Positions 1-11,990 of a DNA stretch of 64,000 nucleotides are shown piece after piece. This DNA is from Octopus sinensis (taxonomy: Eukaryota). Made by a program: the position numbers and the translations under genes. The notes beneath the pieces are model-generated. The model ran no database searches, was not told where the DNA came from, and saw nothing but the letters and a program-made list of their open reading frames with translations. The DNA is taken from NCBI RefSeq assembly GCF_006345805.1, contig NC_043021.1, positions 15,500,001 through 15,564,000 of the forward strand. The letters run 5' to 3'. Numbering within the stretch: the first letter of the stretch is position 1; each line of letters starts with the position of its first letter.

Positions 1-120
1 ATCCTGAAGTAGATTCAGTGTGACATTGTGACAGGATAGATTTCAGTTACATGTGTTTGTCTCTGCGTATGTGTGCATACATACGTAGTGTTTGTGTGTA
101 TGTATATATATATATACATA

Positions 121-519
121 TAGGCACAGGAGTGGCTGTGTGGTAAGTAGCTTGCTAACCAACCACATGGTTCCGGGTTCAGTCCCACTGCGTGACATCT
201 TGGGCAAGTGTCTTCTGCTATAGCCCCGGGCCGACCAATGCCTTGTGAGTGGATTTGGTAGATGGAAACTGAAAGAAGCCTGTCGTATATATGTATATAT
301 ATGTTATATGTGTGTGTGTGTGTGTGTGTGTTTGTCCTCCTAGCATTGCTTGACAACCGATGCTGGTGTGTTTACGTCCCCCGTAACTTAGCGGTTCGGC
401 AAAAGAGACCGATAGAATAATTACTGGGCTTACAAAGAATAAATCCCGGGGTCGATTTGCTCGACTAAAGGCAGTGCTCCAGCATGGCCGCAGTCAAATG
501 ACTGAAACGAGTAAAAGAG
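121..519 (+). mobile_element. SINE family A: tRNA-derived head + internal (TA/TG)n + 3' tail module
   Basis: A-box-like TGGCTGTGTGGT, B-box-like GGTTCAGTCCC, core TTGGGCAAGTGTCTTC, tail ending GACTGAAACGAGTAAAAGAG; more than 20 related copies in the window. Confidence 0.9.
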
Positions 520-565
<46 letters not shown>

Positions 566-591
566 CACACACAATATCATTGCTATTATCC

Positions 592-900
592 TTCTTTTAT
601 TCTTTTCATTCATTTGACTGCGGCCATGCTGGAGCATCGCCTTTAGTCGACCAAATCGGCCCCAGGACTTATTCATCGTAAGCCTACTACTTATTCTATT
701 AGTCTCTCTTGCTGAACCGCTAAGTGATGGGGACGTAAACACACCAGCATCGGTTGTCAAGCGAAGTTGGGTGGACAAACACAGACACACAAACATATAT
801 ATACAACGGGCTTCCTTCAGTTTCCGTCTACCAAATCCACTTACAAGGCTTTGGTCGGCCTGAAGCTATAGTAGAAGACACTTGCCCAAGGTGCCACGCT
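592..900 (-). mobile_element. SINE family A, 5'-truncated, inverted relative to 121-519
   Basis: Reverse complement of the family A tail and part of the head. Confidence 0.9.
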
Positions 901-1053
901 GTGTGTGTGTGTGTGTGTAACTTTATGTACATACGCATACATACATGCACACGCACACACTCATACTCTCAAACATATACACATACAAGTATGTAATCTC
1001 ATGTATACTTTTTCTAAGCCCTTGTGATTCTTCTTGATTTCTGTTATGCTGAA

Positions 1054-2013
1054 CCCTTTAGCATTTAAATCAACCACATCTGGCCTGAATATTCTACCTA
1101 TTTTATGTTTAAACTGACACCTACCTGCTCACATCTACCCTACAGTGTCATTCTGACAATAAGCAATCACAACATTGAAATCTCAAAGCTGTGAGATAAT
1201 GCATGATTAATTCAAAACAATGTGAACCAATAAGCATTATTATATTCGACAGAGTCATCTGAATGCTAAACCGGCCCAAATGTTCTATTTGTTTTATGTT
1301 CAAACTGACCAGATTTGGCCTCTCACACTTACCCTACAATGTCATTTAAAAATAGACAATCTCATCATTTCGTCAACATCAAAATAAAAATTCAAATGGA
1401 AATTGCAGTTAAGACACCCGTACTGGTGACACGTAAAAAGCACCGTCTGACGTGGCAGATACTAGCGCCCCTGACTGGCGTCCGTGTCGGTGACACGTAA
1501 AGCACCAACTGATCGTGCCATTTGCCAGCCGCTCTGGCCCCTGTGCCGGTGGCACGTAAAAAACCCCACTACACTCATGGATGGTTGGCGTTAGGAAGGG
1601 CTCCAGCTGTAGAAACATCCCCATTAGACTGGAGCCTGGTGCAGCCTCCAGGCTTGCCAGAATCCGTTCGAACCGTCCAACCCATGCTATCATGGTAACG
1701 GACGTTAAATGATGATGATGATGATGATATTTGCAAGATTCTTTATATGAGTTCGTGTGTGAAGCATATTCTGTTGTGTCTGGGGAGAGTCATTTTCTTT
1801 TTGTGCCTTATTATGTAACACACTCACCTGTAAAATTTCCACTTTTTTTTCTCATTTTTATTTTCCTAAAATGTTTGTTGCATCTTGCAACCTTTTCAAT
1901 AGTTTTGACTCTCATCATTGAAATCTCAAAACCATGAGAAAATGCATGATTAATTCAAAACTATGTGAATAAATAAGCATTGTATTCGAGAGAGTAATCT
2001 AAGTATTAAAGGG
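1054..2013. mobile_element. piggyBac-type MITE family 2 (tandem partial dimer) interrupted by nested insertions
   Basis: Left end CCCTTTAGCATTT, right end TAAAGGG|TTAA; homologous to intact copy 15626-15846; insert 1370-1909 flanked by TCTCATCATT repeats. Confidence 0.7.
1375..1728 (+). mobile_element. Family D non-autonomous retroposon with (GAT)n tail
   Basis: GTGCCGGTGGCACGTAAAA modules, GTTGGCGTTAGGAAGGGC motif, tail CCAACCCATGCT...GGACGTTAAATGATGATG. Confidence 0.85.
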
Positions 2014-2025
2014 TTAAATGTTTGC

Positions 2026-2065
<40 letters not shown>

Positions 2066-2586
2066 ACTTCCTTGCATTGGTCCCCTACACACCCTTCAGT
2101 TTTTCTGAAGAGAGAATGCTGAGATTCACAATCATAATGTTCTCTCTTTCTCTTTCACACACACACACACGTCTGTGTCTGTGTGTGTACACCTATCTAT
2201 CAAGCAATCTGCCTCTCCTTGTTGTTTGTCTATCAGTGTGTGTTGTGCAAACCCTGCACCTTACTAAGCCATCTCCTTGTAGTTATTTATGTATGTATGC
2301 ATGCATGTGTGTTTGTGTGTGGGTATGGTTGTATCTGTCTGTGTGCGTATGTATGCATGCGTATTTCCAAATGGTGGTGTTGACCTGATGGTGGTTTGGT
2401 GCAGTGGCTGGCAGACAATTGTACCCCACAATATGTGTCGAAGTAGCTTCTGTTTTTCTTTTTTTCTTTTTTTTTTTCCTTCTTAACTTATCTGAGGTGT
2501 GTAACAGAGATTGTTTAACGAGAACATTTGGTTGTAGTTTTAAGAAGGCAGTAGAGGGAAGGGAGCGAGGAGTGGTGGGCGAGGTT

Positions 2587-2606
2587 GGGGTGGGGTGGGG
2601 TGGGGG
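2587..2606 (+). other. Canonical G-quadruplex motif (GGGGT)3GGGGG
   Basis: Four G-runs of at least 4 with 1-nt loops, upstream of a (GA)n tract. Confidence 0.6.
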
Positions 2607-2627
2607 TCAGGTGCTGGTCAGAGGGAA

Positions 2628-2668
<41 letters not shown>

Positions 2669-2769
2669 TCGGACAGCATCTGGTTGAAATAATTGCAGCT
2701 TTGGTAAGAATTGCATCACTAACACTTCTGATGGATTTTATAGGAGAGGAAACAGGTCTATCAACACAA

Positions 2770-2832
2770 CAGCAACATACATGTATATACTGAACACCAT
2801 GTGTGTATGTGTGTGTATATATAGTATGTGTA

Positions 2833-2868
<36 letters not shown>

Positions 2869-2937
2869 ATGCTTGTACACATTTATATTTATATAAATAT
2901 GTATGTACATATATTCAAATATATACATATGTACATG

Positions 2938-2969
<32 letters not shown>

Positions 2970-3098
2970 ATGTACAAATATATACATATATGTACAAATG
3001 AATATACATATGTGTATGTATGTATATATGTGCAAATGAATATACCTATATGTACATGTATATACACCAATATGTATATATATGTGTGTATATATATA

Positions 3099-3132
<34 letters not shown>

Positions 3133-3235
3133 CATACACACACACACACATTCGCATACACATACTTTTGCTCATGCATGCATATGTATATTCTTCCTTC
3201 ACACACACACACAAATATACAATCCTTATTATATA
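2770..3235. repeat. Compound (TA)n/(TG)n/(CA)n microsatellite
   Basis: Direct reading; source of the IY/CV-repeat ORFs. Confidence 0.95.
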
Positions 3236-3754
3236 CAAATATTTAGATGTCAAGATGGCGGTAGTTTATGGAAGGGACTAAGACCTGGGATAATATTTAC
3301 ATTAATGAATCACATTGAGGGTGTCTGTTTGTCCCTGCAGATCCAAAACATGTATACACAAACACCTAGCAACATGCACACGTACACAGACCAACACGCA
3401 CGCACGCAAACACACACAAACACATGCACACGTTATAGGCTATAAAATTTTATACGAAGTCTTAAAGCCATTTTACTGCTGTGTATCTTCTGTAGTCCCT
3501 TATTATCCTCTCCACTCCCTATTTTTTTTCCTACCCTGATCTTTCCATCATTGTTCATTTCTGTTGAATATTCTAATAGTCTAAATAGCTCATCATGTAG
3601 CTGGCTTCTTTTGTTGCTTGAACGGCATTGACGTCATCATTCCTGCCTTTCTGTCTGTCCGTGTGTCTGCCTGTTTTCCTCTTCGTACTATATTCGCACG
3701 AAAAACATGGAATTTTTCAGGTTGGGCTTCTTCAGTTGTTTGTTGTAACTATGG

Positions 3755-4272
3755 GTAGCTGTGATACCAGTGCCGGTGGTACGTAAGGTAGCTGTGACAC
3801 CAGTGCCGGTGGAATGTAAGGTAGCTGTGATACCAGTGCCGGTGGCACGTAAGAGAACCATCCGAGCGTGGCCGTTGCCAGCGCCGCCCTGACTGGCCTC
3901 CATGCCGGTGGCACATAAAAAGCACTATCCGATTGTGGCCGTTGCCAGCCACGCCTGGCCCCCGTGCTGGTGGCATGTAAAAAGCACCATCCGATCGTGG
4001 CCGTTGCCAGCCTCGTCTGGCCCCCGTGCCGGTGGCATGTAAAAAGCACCATCTGATCGTGGCCGCTTGCCAGCCTCGTCTGGCACCTGTGCAGGTGGCA
4101 CGTAAAAAGCACCCACTACACTCACGGAGTGGTTGGTGTTAGGAAGGACATCCAGCTGTAGAAACACTGCCAGATCAGACTGGGCCTGGCACAGCCTTCT
4201 GGCTTCCCAGTCCCCAGTTGAATCGTCCAACCCATTCTAGCATGGAAAACTGACGTTAAATGATGATGATAA
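3755..4272 (+). mobile_element. Family D retroposon, expanded copy with a 33-bp x3 tandem at its 5' end
   Basis: GTAGCTGTGATACCAGTGCCGGTGG unit at 3755, 3788 and 3821, then about five ~60-bp hairpin modules and a (GAT)n tail. Confidence 0.9.
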
Positions 4273-4399
4273 TGGGTGCGGTTGCAGCTCTGTAAGTAAG
4301 AGGTTCAATTCAGAATCTGGGGGTTCTTTGGAAGGGCCCCCCCCCCTAACCAAGATGTTACCTAGTGGGGAGAATGTTTGACTCATGAGCATGATGCCA

Positions 4400-4764
4400 T
4401 CTTTTACTTGTTTCAAGTCATTGGACTGCAGCCATGCTGGGGCACTTGAAGGATCTTGGTTGAACAGATTGATTCCATTGCTTATTTCTTAAGCCTGTTA
4501 CTTGTTCCATTGGTCTCTTTTTGCCAAACCACAAAGTTACACAGATGTAAACAAACCAAGATAGGTTGTTAAGTGATGGTTGGGGACAATCACAGAGCCA
4601 CACACACACACACACACACACACACCAGGCTTCTTTCAGTTACCATCTAACCAAATCCACTCAGAAGGCTTTGGTCAGTCCAGGGCTATGGAAGAAGACA
4701 CTTGCCCACGGTGTCTTGCAGGGGGACTGAACCTGGAACCATGTGGTTGGGAAGCAAATTTCTC
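4400..4764 (-). mobile_element. SINE family A (diverged)
   Basis: Reverse-complement similarity to 121-519. Confidence 0.8.
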
Positions 4765-4887
4765 CCTTGTTTTTAATCCAACCCTTAGGTGCTTTTGGTG
4801 AAGTTTACTCTGTTGCCAGCATTTGGATCATGTTCCTTAATCTGAGCACATTATTTTAGTCTTCCGTTTTTATCACCAACCTCTGCA

Positions 4888-5100
4888 ATCATCATCATCA
4901 CCATCATCATTTAATGCCTGTTTTCCATGTTGGCATGAGCAGGTTGGTTCAACATGAACTGGCGAGTCAGAAGACTGCACCAATCCTTGCTGTCTGTTTT
5001 GGCATGGTTTCTTCAGCTGGATGTCCTTTCTAATGCCAACCTCTTTGCAGAGTGTACTGGGTCCCTTTTTATGTGGCCCCAGCTGCAGTGAGGTCACCAA
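4888..5100 (-). mobile_element. Family D 3' portion
   Basis: (CAT)n + TTTAATGCCTGTTTTCCATG...CAGCTGGATGTCCTTTCTAATGCCAACC. Confidence 0.75.
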
Positions 5101-5207
5101 GAAACTTCGCAGGACAAGAGCCCCTCAGTAGATGGTGAGGGGCAGGGGCATAGTATTGAGAGAGAGGAAAAGTGCTTTGCATTAGAAGAGAAACATGGCT
5201 ACCTTAA

Positions 5208-5429
5208 CCCTTTTTTTTTCACCATATTTCTGTTGAGATGCTCTGTGTTTCTTTCAATTAATTTTAGATATAACAAAGAATTTAGTAAAATAAAATAGTT
5301 ATCATTCAGCTAGTGTTAGGAACAAATTGTGACTAAGGTTTGGTGGAAGATTTTAATCCAAAACTTATGAAAACAAGATATTTGTACTACAGAGTAGAGC
5401 CGGTTTCAGCAGGGTTGGTAACGAAAGGG
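5208..5429. mobile_element. piggyBac-type MITE family 1
   Basis: TTAA|CCC...GTAACGAAAGGG|TTAA; homologous to 16116-16335. Confidence 0.85.
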
Positions 5430-5623
5430 TTAAATGGAGAAAGAGAGAGATGTGATGGGGAAAGGGGTATGGACCATACATCCAAATTACAGGGACATGT
5501 ATATTGTGAAGTGGACCATGGATTTGGAGAGGGTTAGTGAACTAGGTGGATTCACAAAACTGCAAAAGGAGAGTGGGAGATGAAGGGAGGATGTCTACTT
5601 GTATGTATATATATATATTTACC

Positions 5624-5995
5624 TGCAGGAGTGACTGTGTGGTAAGTAGCTTGCTAACCAACCACATGGTTCCGGGTTCAGTCCCACTGCGTGGCATCTT
5701 GGGCAAGTGTATTCTGCTATGGCCCTGGGCCGACCAATGCCTTGTGAATGGATTTGGTAGACGGAAACTGAAAGAAGCCTTTCGTATATATATATATGTG
5801 TATGTGCTTGTGTGTCTGTGTTTGTCCCCCTAGCATTGCTTGACAACCGATGCTGGTGTGCTTACGTCCCCGTCACTTAGAATAAGTACTGGGCTTACAA
5901 AGAATAAGTCCCGGGGTCGATTTGCTCGACTAAAAAGCAGTGCTCCAGCATGGCCGCGGTCAAATGACTGAAACAAGTAAAAGAGTAAAAGAGAG
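5624..5995 (+). mobile_element. SINE family A with internal deletion
   Basis: Head and tail match 121-519. Confidence 0.9.
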
Positions 5996-7099
5996 TATGT
6001 TTGTTTGTGTGTGTGTATGTGTATATAATATGTGTGTGTGTATTATACATACACACACACATATATATATAAAATACATCTATAAACACACACACACACA
6101 TACACACACACACATACACACACACACATACACACACACACACATACACACACACACATTTATGTATATGCATATTAAGTTTATGTTGTAAATACTAACA
6201 GCCTATACACACATGGATTGACAATATTTCTGCTGAGTGTACGAAAGCTACTTTATATAATGCAAGCTTTGGAAATGTGTTGGCATTTGGAAATAAAATC
6301 TTTATGTTAAAAACGGAGACAGGAGCACACTGCTGCAGACAGCAGAAGAAAGTGCCATGATTAGAGTGGAACCAGGAGACGTACAATATGCATATGAATA
6401 ATAAACCAGGTTTCTGTTAAGCTAGGGAAAAGTGACTGGCAAAGACAATCTCTCTTAAGATTAACATACTACAGCAGGCTTAAGACCAGAATGGATGGAA
6501 GATAGAAACTGGTAGGAGAGAAAGAAAGGAAGGGGTAGGGCGGGGCGGGGGGAGAGTCTTATGGATTGAATGTTCTAAAATAGAGACAGGCAGATTATAT
6601 TAAAAGACAGAATGTAACTGAAGACATTTCGGTGATTTAGAAAGCAAATAATGATATAAATATTGAAAGTTTTCACAAAGGTGAAAGAATAGACCGCTTC
6701 AGTTTTATGCGAATACGGAAGCTAAAAGTAGCATATTGTAGCTTGTGTTTCATATTTATTGTTTGATGATGTAATTCAGTGCTTGACCTGGGTTGGCGTG
6801 GCCATGCTGTAGCTACATCATCCAGGATGGAATCGGGTTGTCAGGTGAATTCGGTCAGGGGGTTTTTTTTTGTTTATTTGTTTGTTTATGTTTTTTTTTT
6901 CTTTTTGGTATGCCATCTTTGTAAGTCAGATTCAAATTTCAAAAAATGATAAACAAGACCTGTAGAGGAAGAAGAAGAGGACTACAGAAGAAAAAAAAAC
7001 AAGAAAAAACAATAAAATATATTTTGTGTTAATCCAAAGAACGTTAGAAAGAAAAACGAGTGAATTTAATCCAACAACCCAAATGCATAACATATTTTT

Positions 7100-7141
7100 T
7101 ATTTATGTATGTATATGTATACATACATTCATACATACATA

Positions 7142-7190
<49 letters not shown>

Positions 7191-7862
7191 GTATGTATGT
7201 GTATATATATATGTATGTATGTGTATATATATATGTATGTATGTGTATATATATATATGTATGTATGTGTATATATATATGTATGTATGTGTATATATAT
7301 ATGTATGTATGTGTATATATATATATGTATGTGTATATATATATATGTATGTATGTGTATATATATATAATGTATGTGTATATATTATAATATATATATA
7401 TATGTATGTATGTGTATATATATATATAATGTAATAGTATGTGGTATATATATATAATATATATATGAGTATGTGTATATATATATGTATATATATATAA
7501 TGTATGTATGTGTATATATATATGTATGTATGTATGTGTATATATATATATATATATTATGTGTTATATATATATGTATGTATGTGTTTGTGTATATATA
7601 TATGTATGTGTGGGTGTATATATATATATGTATTGAATGTTGTATGTATATATATATATATGTATGTTGTGTATATATATATATATGTAAGTGTATATAC
7701 ATATATGTATGTATGTGTATATATATATATATATATGTATGTATGTGTATATATATATGTATGTATGTGTATATATATATATATATATGTATGTATGTGT
7801 ATATATATATGTATGTGTATATATATATATATAGGTATGTGTATGTGTATATATATGTAGGT
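7100..7862. repeat. Long compound (TA)n/(TATG)n/(TG)n array
   Basis: Direct reading, about 760 bp. Confidence 0.95.
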
Positions 7863-8096
7863 ATATTTATTTTTTGAGTTGTCAGATAAATTCATTCATT
7901 CTTCTGCTGTTGTTTTTTTTTTCTTCATGGCATTCCATCGTCATTGGTCTGAAAAGAGGTAAAATTTGTTCAGATTTCGAAAATTATAAACAAAATTCAT
8001 AGAGGAAGAAGAGAATTACAAAAGCACCATGAAACACGATGATAAAAAGAATTTTTCATGTTAATTCAAATAACATTGGGAAAGGTTAAAATAAAT

Positions 8097-9255
8097 CTTT
8101 TCTCTTTTACTTGTTTCGGTCATTGGACTGCGGCCATGCTGGGGCACCGCCTCAAAAAGTTTTTAGTAGAACAAATCAACCCCAGTACTCATTTTTTTTT
8201 TAAAGCCTGGTATTTATTATATCAGTCTCCTTTGTCAAACTGCTCAGTTACAGGGACATAAGCAAACCAACACTGGTTGTCACGCTGCGGTGGGGGATAA
8301 ACACGGTCTGGTACTTATTTTATTGCACTTTTTTGCTGAACTGCTAAGTTACAGGAACATAAACCAATATTGGTTGTCAAGCAACACAGACACTGACACT
8401 AACAAGTTTCCTTAAGCAGGATTTGAACCCAGAGTGCAGAGACTTTCACAGTACAAATACTGTGAAAAACTCTAACAATTCTGCCAATTTCCCCGTTATA
8501 AGACAAAACATAATTATAGCTTTTGACTGATCTGGGTTTTCCTTCTAAATACCAAATATATACATGTGTTGACTGTTTAATATAGCAATATATAATAACG
8601 GAATATACATTAGCTGTTTGATGAAGTAATCACTGCTCAACATGCTTTCTCCTGCATGACTCTCTAATTATCTTGCAAATATTGACTGAGATGAATTTAA
8701 CCTGTTGCTATTTCTATAACTCAGCAGTAACCAGTGTATAATTTAGTAAAAATAGATACACAGACAGACACCCATATTTAGTACTGCTATGAAATTAGGT
8801 TGTGTCTTCTGATAGCAGGACTTTTACAGGAACAGCTTGATGTGGAGATCAAATCCATGCGGTTATCTCTTTTATTTCTATTATTTGTTTCAGTCATTAG
8901 ACTGTGGCCATGCTGCAGCACTGCCTTGAATTTTCAGTTGAATGAACTGACCCCAGTACTTATTTATTTTGTTAAGCATAGTACTTGTTCTGTTGATCTT
9001 TCTGCCAAACTACTAAGTTACGGGAATGTAAACACACCATCACCGGTTGTCAAGATACACACACACACAAACACATACTCACATATGCATATATATGATG
9101 GACTTCTTTCAGTATCCGTCTACCAAATTCACTCACATGGCATTGGTCGGCCTGAAACTATAGCCGAAGGTGCCACAGGTGCCATGCAGTGGGATTGAAC
9201 CTGAAACTATTTGGTTGGGAAGCAAACTTCTTACCACACAGCCATGTCTGCTCCT
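8097..9255 (-). mobile_element. Two family A copies (tail only 8097-8400; diverged full copy 8868-9255) separated by unique sequence
   Basis: Reverse-complement similarity to the family A tail and head. Confidence 0.75.
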
Positions 9256-9371
9256 CACATAATTTTTACAACTCCCCAGAATAAGCTTAATTTTCTCCTC
9301 TTTGTTACTATAATAGCAGAAAGTGCACCTCAGCACTGTATACAATAAATTCATTATATATATATTTTTAT

Positions 9372-9597
9372 ATTTCTTTATTGCCCACAAGGGGATAAAC
9401 ATACAGGGGACAAACAAGGACAGACAAAGGGATTAAGTCAATTACATCGACACCAGTACGTAACAGGTACTTAATTTATTGACCCCGAAAGGATGAAAGG
9501 CGAAGTTAACCTTGGCGGAATTTGAACTCAGAACGTAACGGCAGATGAAATACCGCTAAGCATTTCGCCTGGCGTACTAACGTTTCTGCCAGCTCGC

Positions 9598-9598
<1 letters not shown>
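9372..9598 (-). mobile_element. SINE family C (tRNA-like head, GCCTTTCATCCTTTCGGGGTCGATAAA central domain, AATAAAGAAAT tail)
   Basis: Reverse complement of 58949-59200. Confidence 0.9.
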
Positions 9599-9665
<67 letters not shown>

Positions 9666-10027
9666 AAGGTACTTAATGAAATGTAGTGAATAAAAATTAT
9701 GAATGGTAAAACTCATTTATTGTACAAGGTTAATTATTAGCTTTTTAGCTATTGAATTACCATTGCAGCATGTACTGTGAATAAGAAGCATTTCATCCGT
9801 CTGAACATTCTGAGTTCCAGTTGTGTCAAGGTTGACTTTGCTGTTCATCCTTTCAGGGTTGGGGCAATTAGTATCAGTTGAGCCCTGGTGTGATGCCCTG
9901 AAATTGCTGGGCTTGCACTGAAATTTGAAACCAATATTTCAGGCTACATAAATATATACGAAAAAGATTTTACAAGAATGTAACGTATCTAGAGTTGTTT
10001 CCCTATATCTCTTTTTCTTTTTTCTCT

Positions 10028-10415
10028 TTCTTTACTTATTTCAGTCATTTGACTGTGGCCATGCTGGAGCATCGCCTTTAGTCGAGCAAATCAACCTCAG
10101 GACTTATTCTTTGTAAGCCTAGAACTTATTCTGTTGGTCTCTTTTGCTGAACCGCTAAGTTATGGGGATGTAAACACACCAGCATTGGTTGTCAAGCAAT
10201 GTTGGAGGGACAAACACAGACACACAAACATACACACACATACATATATATGACGAGCTTCTTTCAGTTTCCATCTACCAAATCCACTCACAAGGCTTTG
10301 GTCAGCCTGAGGCTATAGTAGAAGGCACTTGCTCAAGGTGCCACGCAGTGGGACTGAACCCAGGACCATGTGGTTGGTAAGCAAGCTACTTACCACACAG
10401 CCACTTCTACGCCTA
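10028..10415 (-). mobile_element. SINE family A
   Basis: Full-length reverse-complement copy. Confidence 0.9.
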
Positions 10416-10910
10416 TATGTGCAAATAATTAAGAAGAAAAGATATTGAATATTACTCATTGATGTAAAGCAGAGAAGGGCAGAATTATTAGCCTGCCAGG
10501 TCAATAAAATAAGTACCAGTTGAATACTGGGGTTGATGTAATTGATTTACTACCTCCCCCAAATTGATGGCCTTGTGCCAAAATTTGAAATCAGTATTAC
10601 TCATTGACTAATGTTTTGTTTTTTTGTGATAACATAAGTTTGATGTACTTTAGTTGTATACACTGTTAAATATGATAATTTACTTAATTGTATTATGTCT
10701 GGATAAACTTTGTGTTGATGTTTTGATAGACTTTTACTGCATAGCAATTGATAGATGTATAATGTTGCTTAGACTTTGACTGTGTAATGTTAGATGTGCT
10801 TCAGTTGCATAATGTTGCCTATACATTAACTGTGTAATGTTTTAGTTATTCAGAAATATATGAGCAATATAACTTTAAATATTTATGTATTCAGCGACAA
10901 ATGTGTTGTC

Positions 10911-10943
10911 ATTTCTTTCTTTCTTTGTCTTTTATAGGTAAGT
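10911..10943 (+). promoter_or_regulatory. Candidate recursive splice site (3' splice site directly followed by 5' splice site)
   Basis: ATTTCTTTCTTTCTTTGTCTTTTATAG|GTAAGT; AG at 10936-10937. Confidence 0.45.
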
Positions 10944-11291
10944 CACTGATGAAACACTGAAGATGTGAAACTTACTGGAAGCCTCATCTTTAATAGGTTG
11001 TCTCCCTTTATATTTCTCTTTTCCCACCTGCCTGATTATCTGTCTGTCTGTCTGTCTGTCTCTTTTTTACCTGTCGATATTTCGTTGTCGCTGAGTCCCA
11101 GGTTTGCAATTAAAAGTAGAAAGGAAATGGGAAGTTAATTTCAGAAAATTATTCATGAATCGACGAGAGTTGGCAAGGTGTAAAAGGGGGGAAAAGAAAT
11201 TAAATCAAAACGAATGCTCATGGGACAGTAGTGTGATGCAAGAAGGATGTATGTCATTAATATTCATGAGTATGTTAATGAAGCTTAGAGG

Positions 11292-11409
11292 ATGAGTGGA
11301 AATATTAAATCAACTTTGTTCCGGAAGTTGTGCTTAAAAGACAAAACTGTTGGAGAATTAATTAGTAATGGGAAACAACCGAGGAATATTAGTGATTTAA
11401 TGAAAGGAG
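11292..11409 (+). CDS. Candidate first coding exon MSGNIKSTLFRKLCLKDKTVGELISNGKQPRNISDLMKG (phase-1 donor); product unknown
   Basis: ATG preceded by an in-frame TAG, 39 open codons, ends GGAG|GTGAGT; no recognised homology. Confidence 0.3.
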
Positions 11410-11569
11410 GTGAGTATATGTGAAAAAATATGTACAAGTACGTTGACGTACATGAATATACAAAGAACACGCACACATATAAGTGTGGAAATAGACAGTG
11501 TGACTATTAATAGATATGGAAGAAAAAGTATCTACGGAGAAAAGAATAAGGAGGAATGAGGTTATATAT

Positions 11570-11990
11570 ATCATCCTACGACCGGCACCCATGCCAACCC
11601 CCTTTGCTTGCGAAGACATGTTGGGGCAAGCGAAATCGAAATCGAATTGAACCAGCCAGGATCCCTGGTCTGGTGGTACGTAAAAAGCACTATCCGACTC
11701 GTGGCCGATGCCAGCACCGCCTCGACTGGCCTCCGTGCCAGTGGCACGTAAAATACACCAATCCGACCGTGGCCGTTGCCAGCCTTGCCTGGCACCTGTG
11801 CAGGTGGCACGTAAAAAGCACCCACTACACTCACAGAGTGGTTGGCGTTAGGAAGGGCATCCAGCTGTAGAAACATTGCCAGATAAGACTGGAGCCTGGT
11901 GCAGCCTTCTGGCTTCCCAGATCCCCGGTCGAACCGTCCAACCCATGCTAGCATGCAGAACGGACGTTAAACGATGATGATGATGATGAT
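11570..11990 (+). mobile_element. Family D retroposon
   Basis: Hairpin modules + AGGAAGGGCATCCAGC + (GAT)n tail. Confidence 0.9.

Noticed and set aside
3251-3261. YY1-like motif CAAGATGGCGG
   Set aside because: A single motif between microsatellites with no CpG-island or promoter context
6780-6844. 65-nt plus-strand exon candidate (CAG...CAG|GTGAAT; LDLGWRGHAVATSSRMESGCQ)
   Set aside because: Weak pyrimidine tract and donor, partial resemblance to the SINE A tail, no recognisable homology
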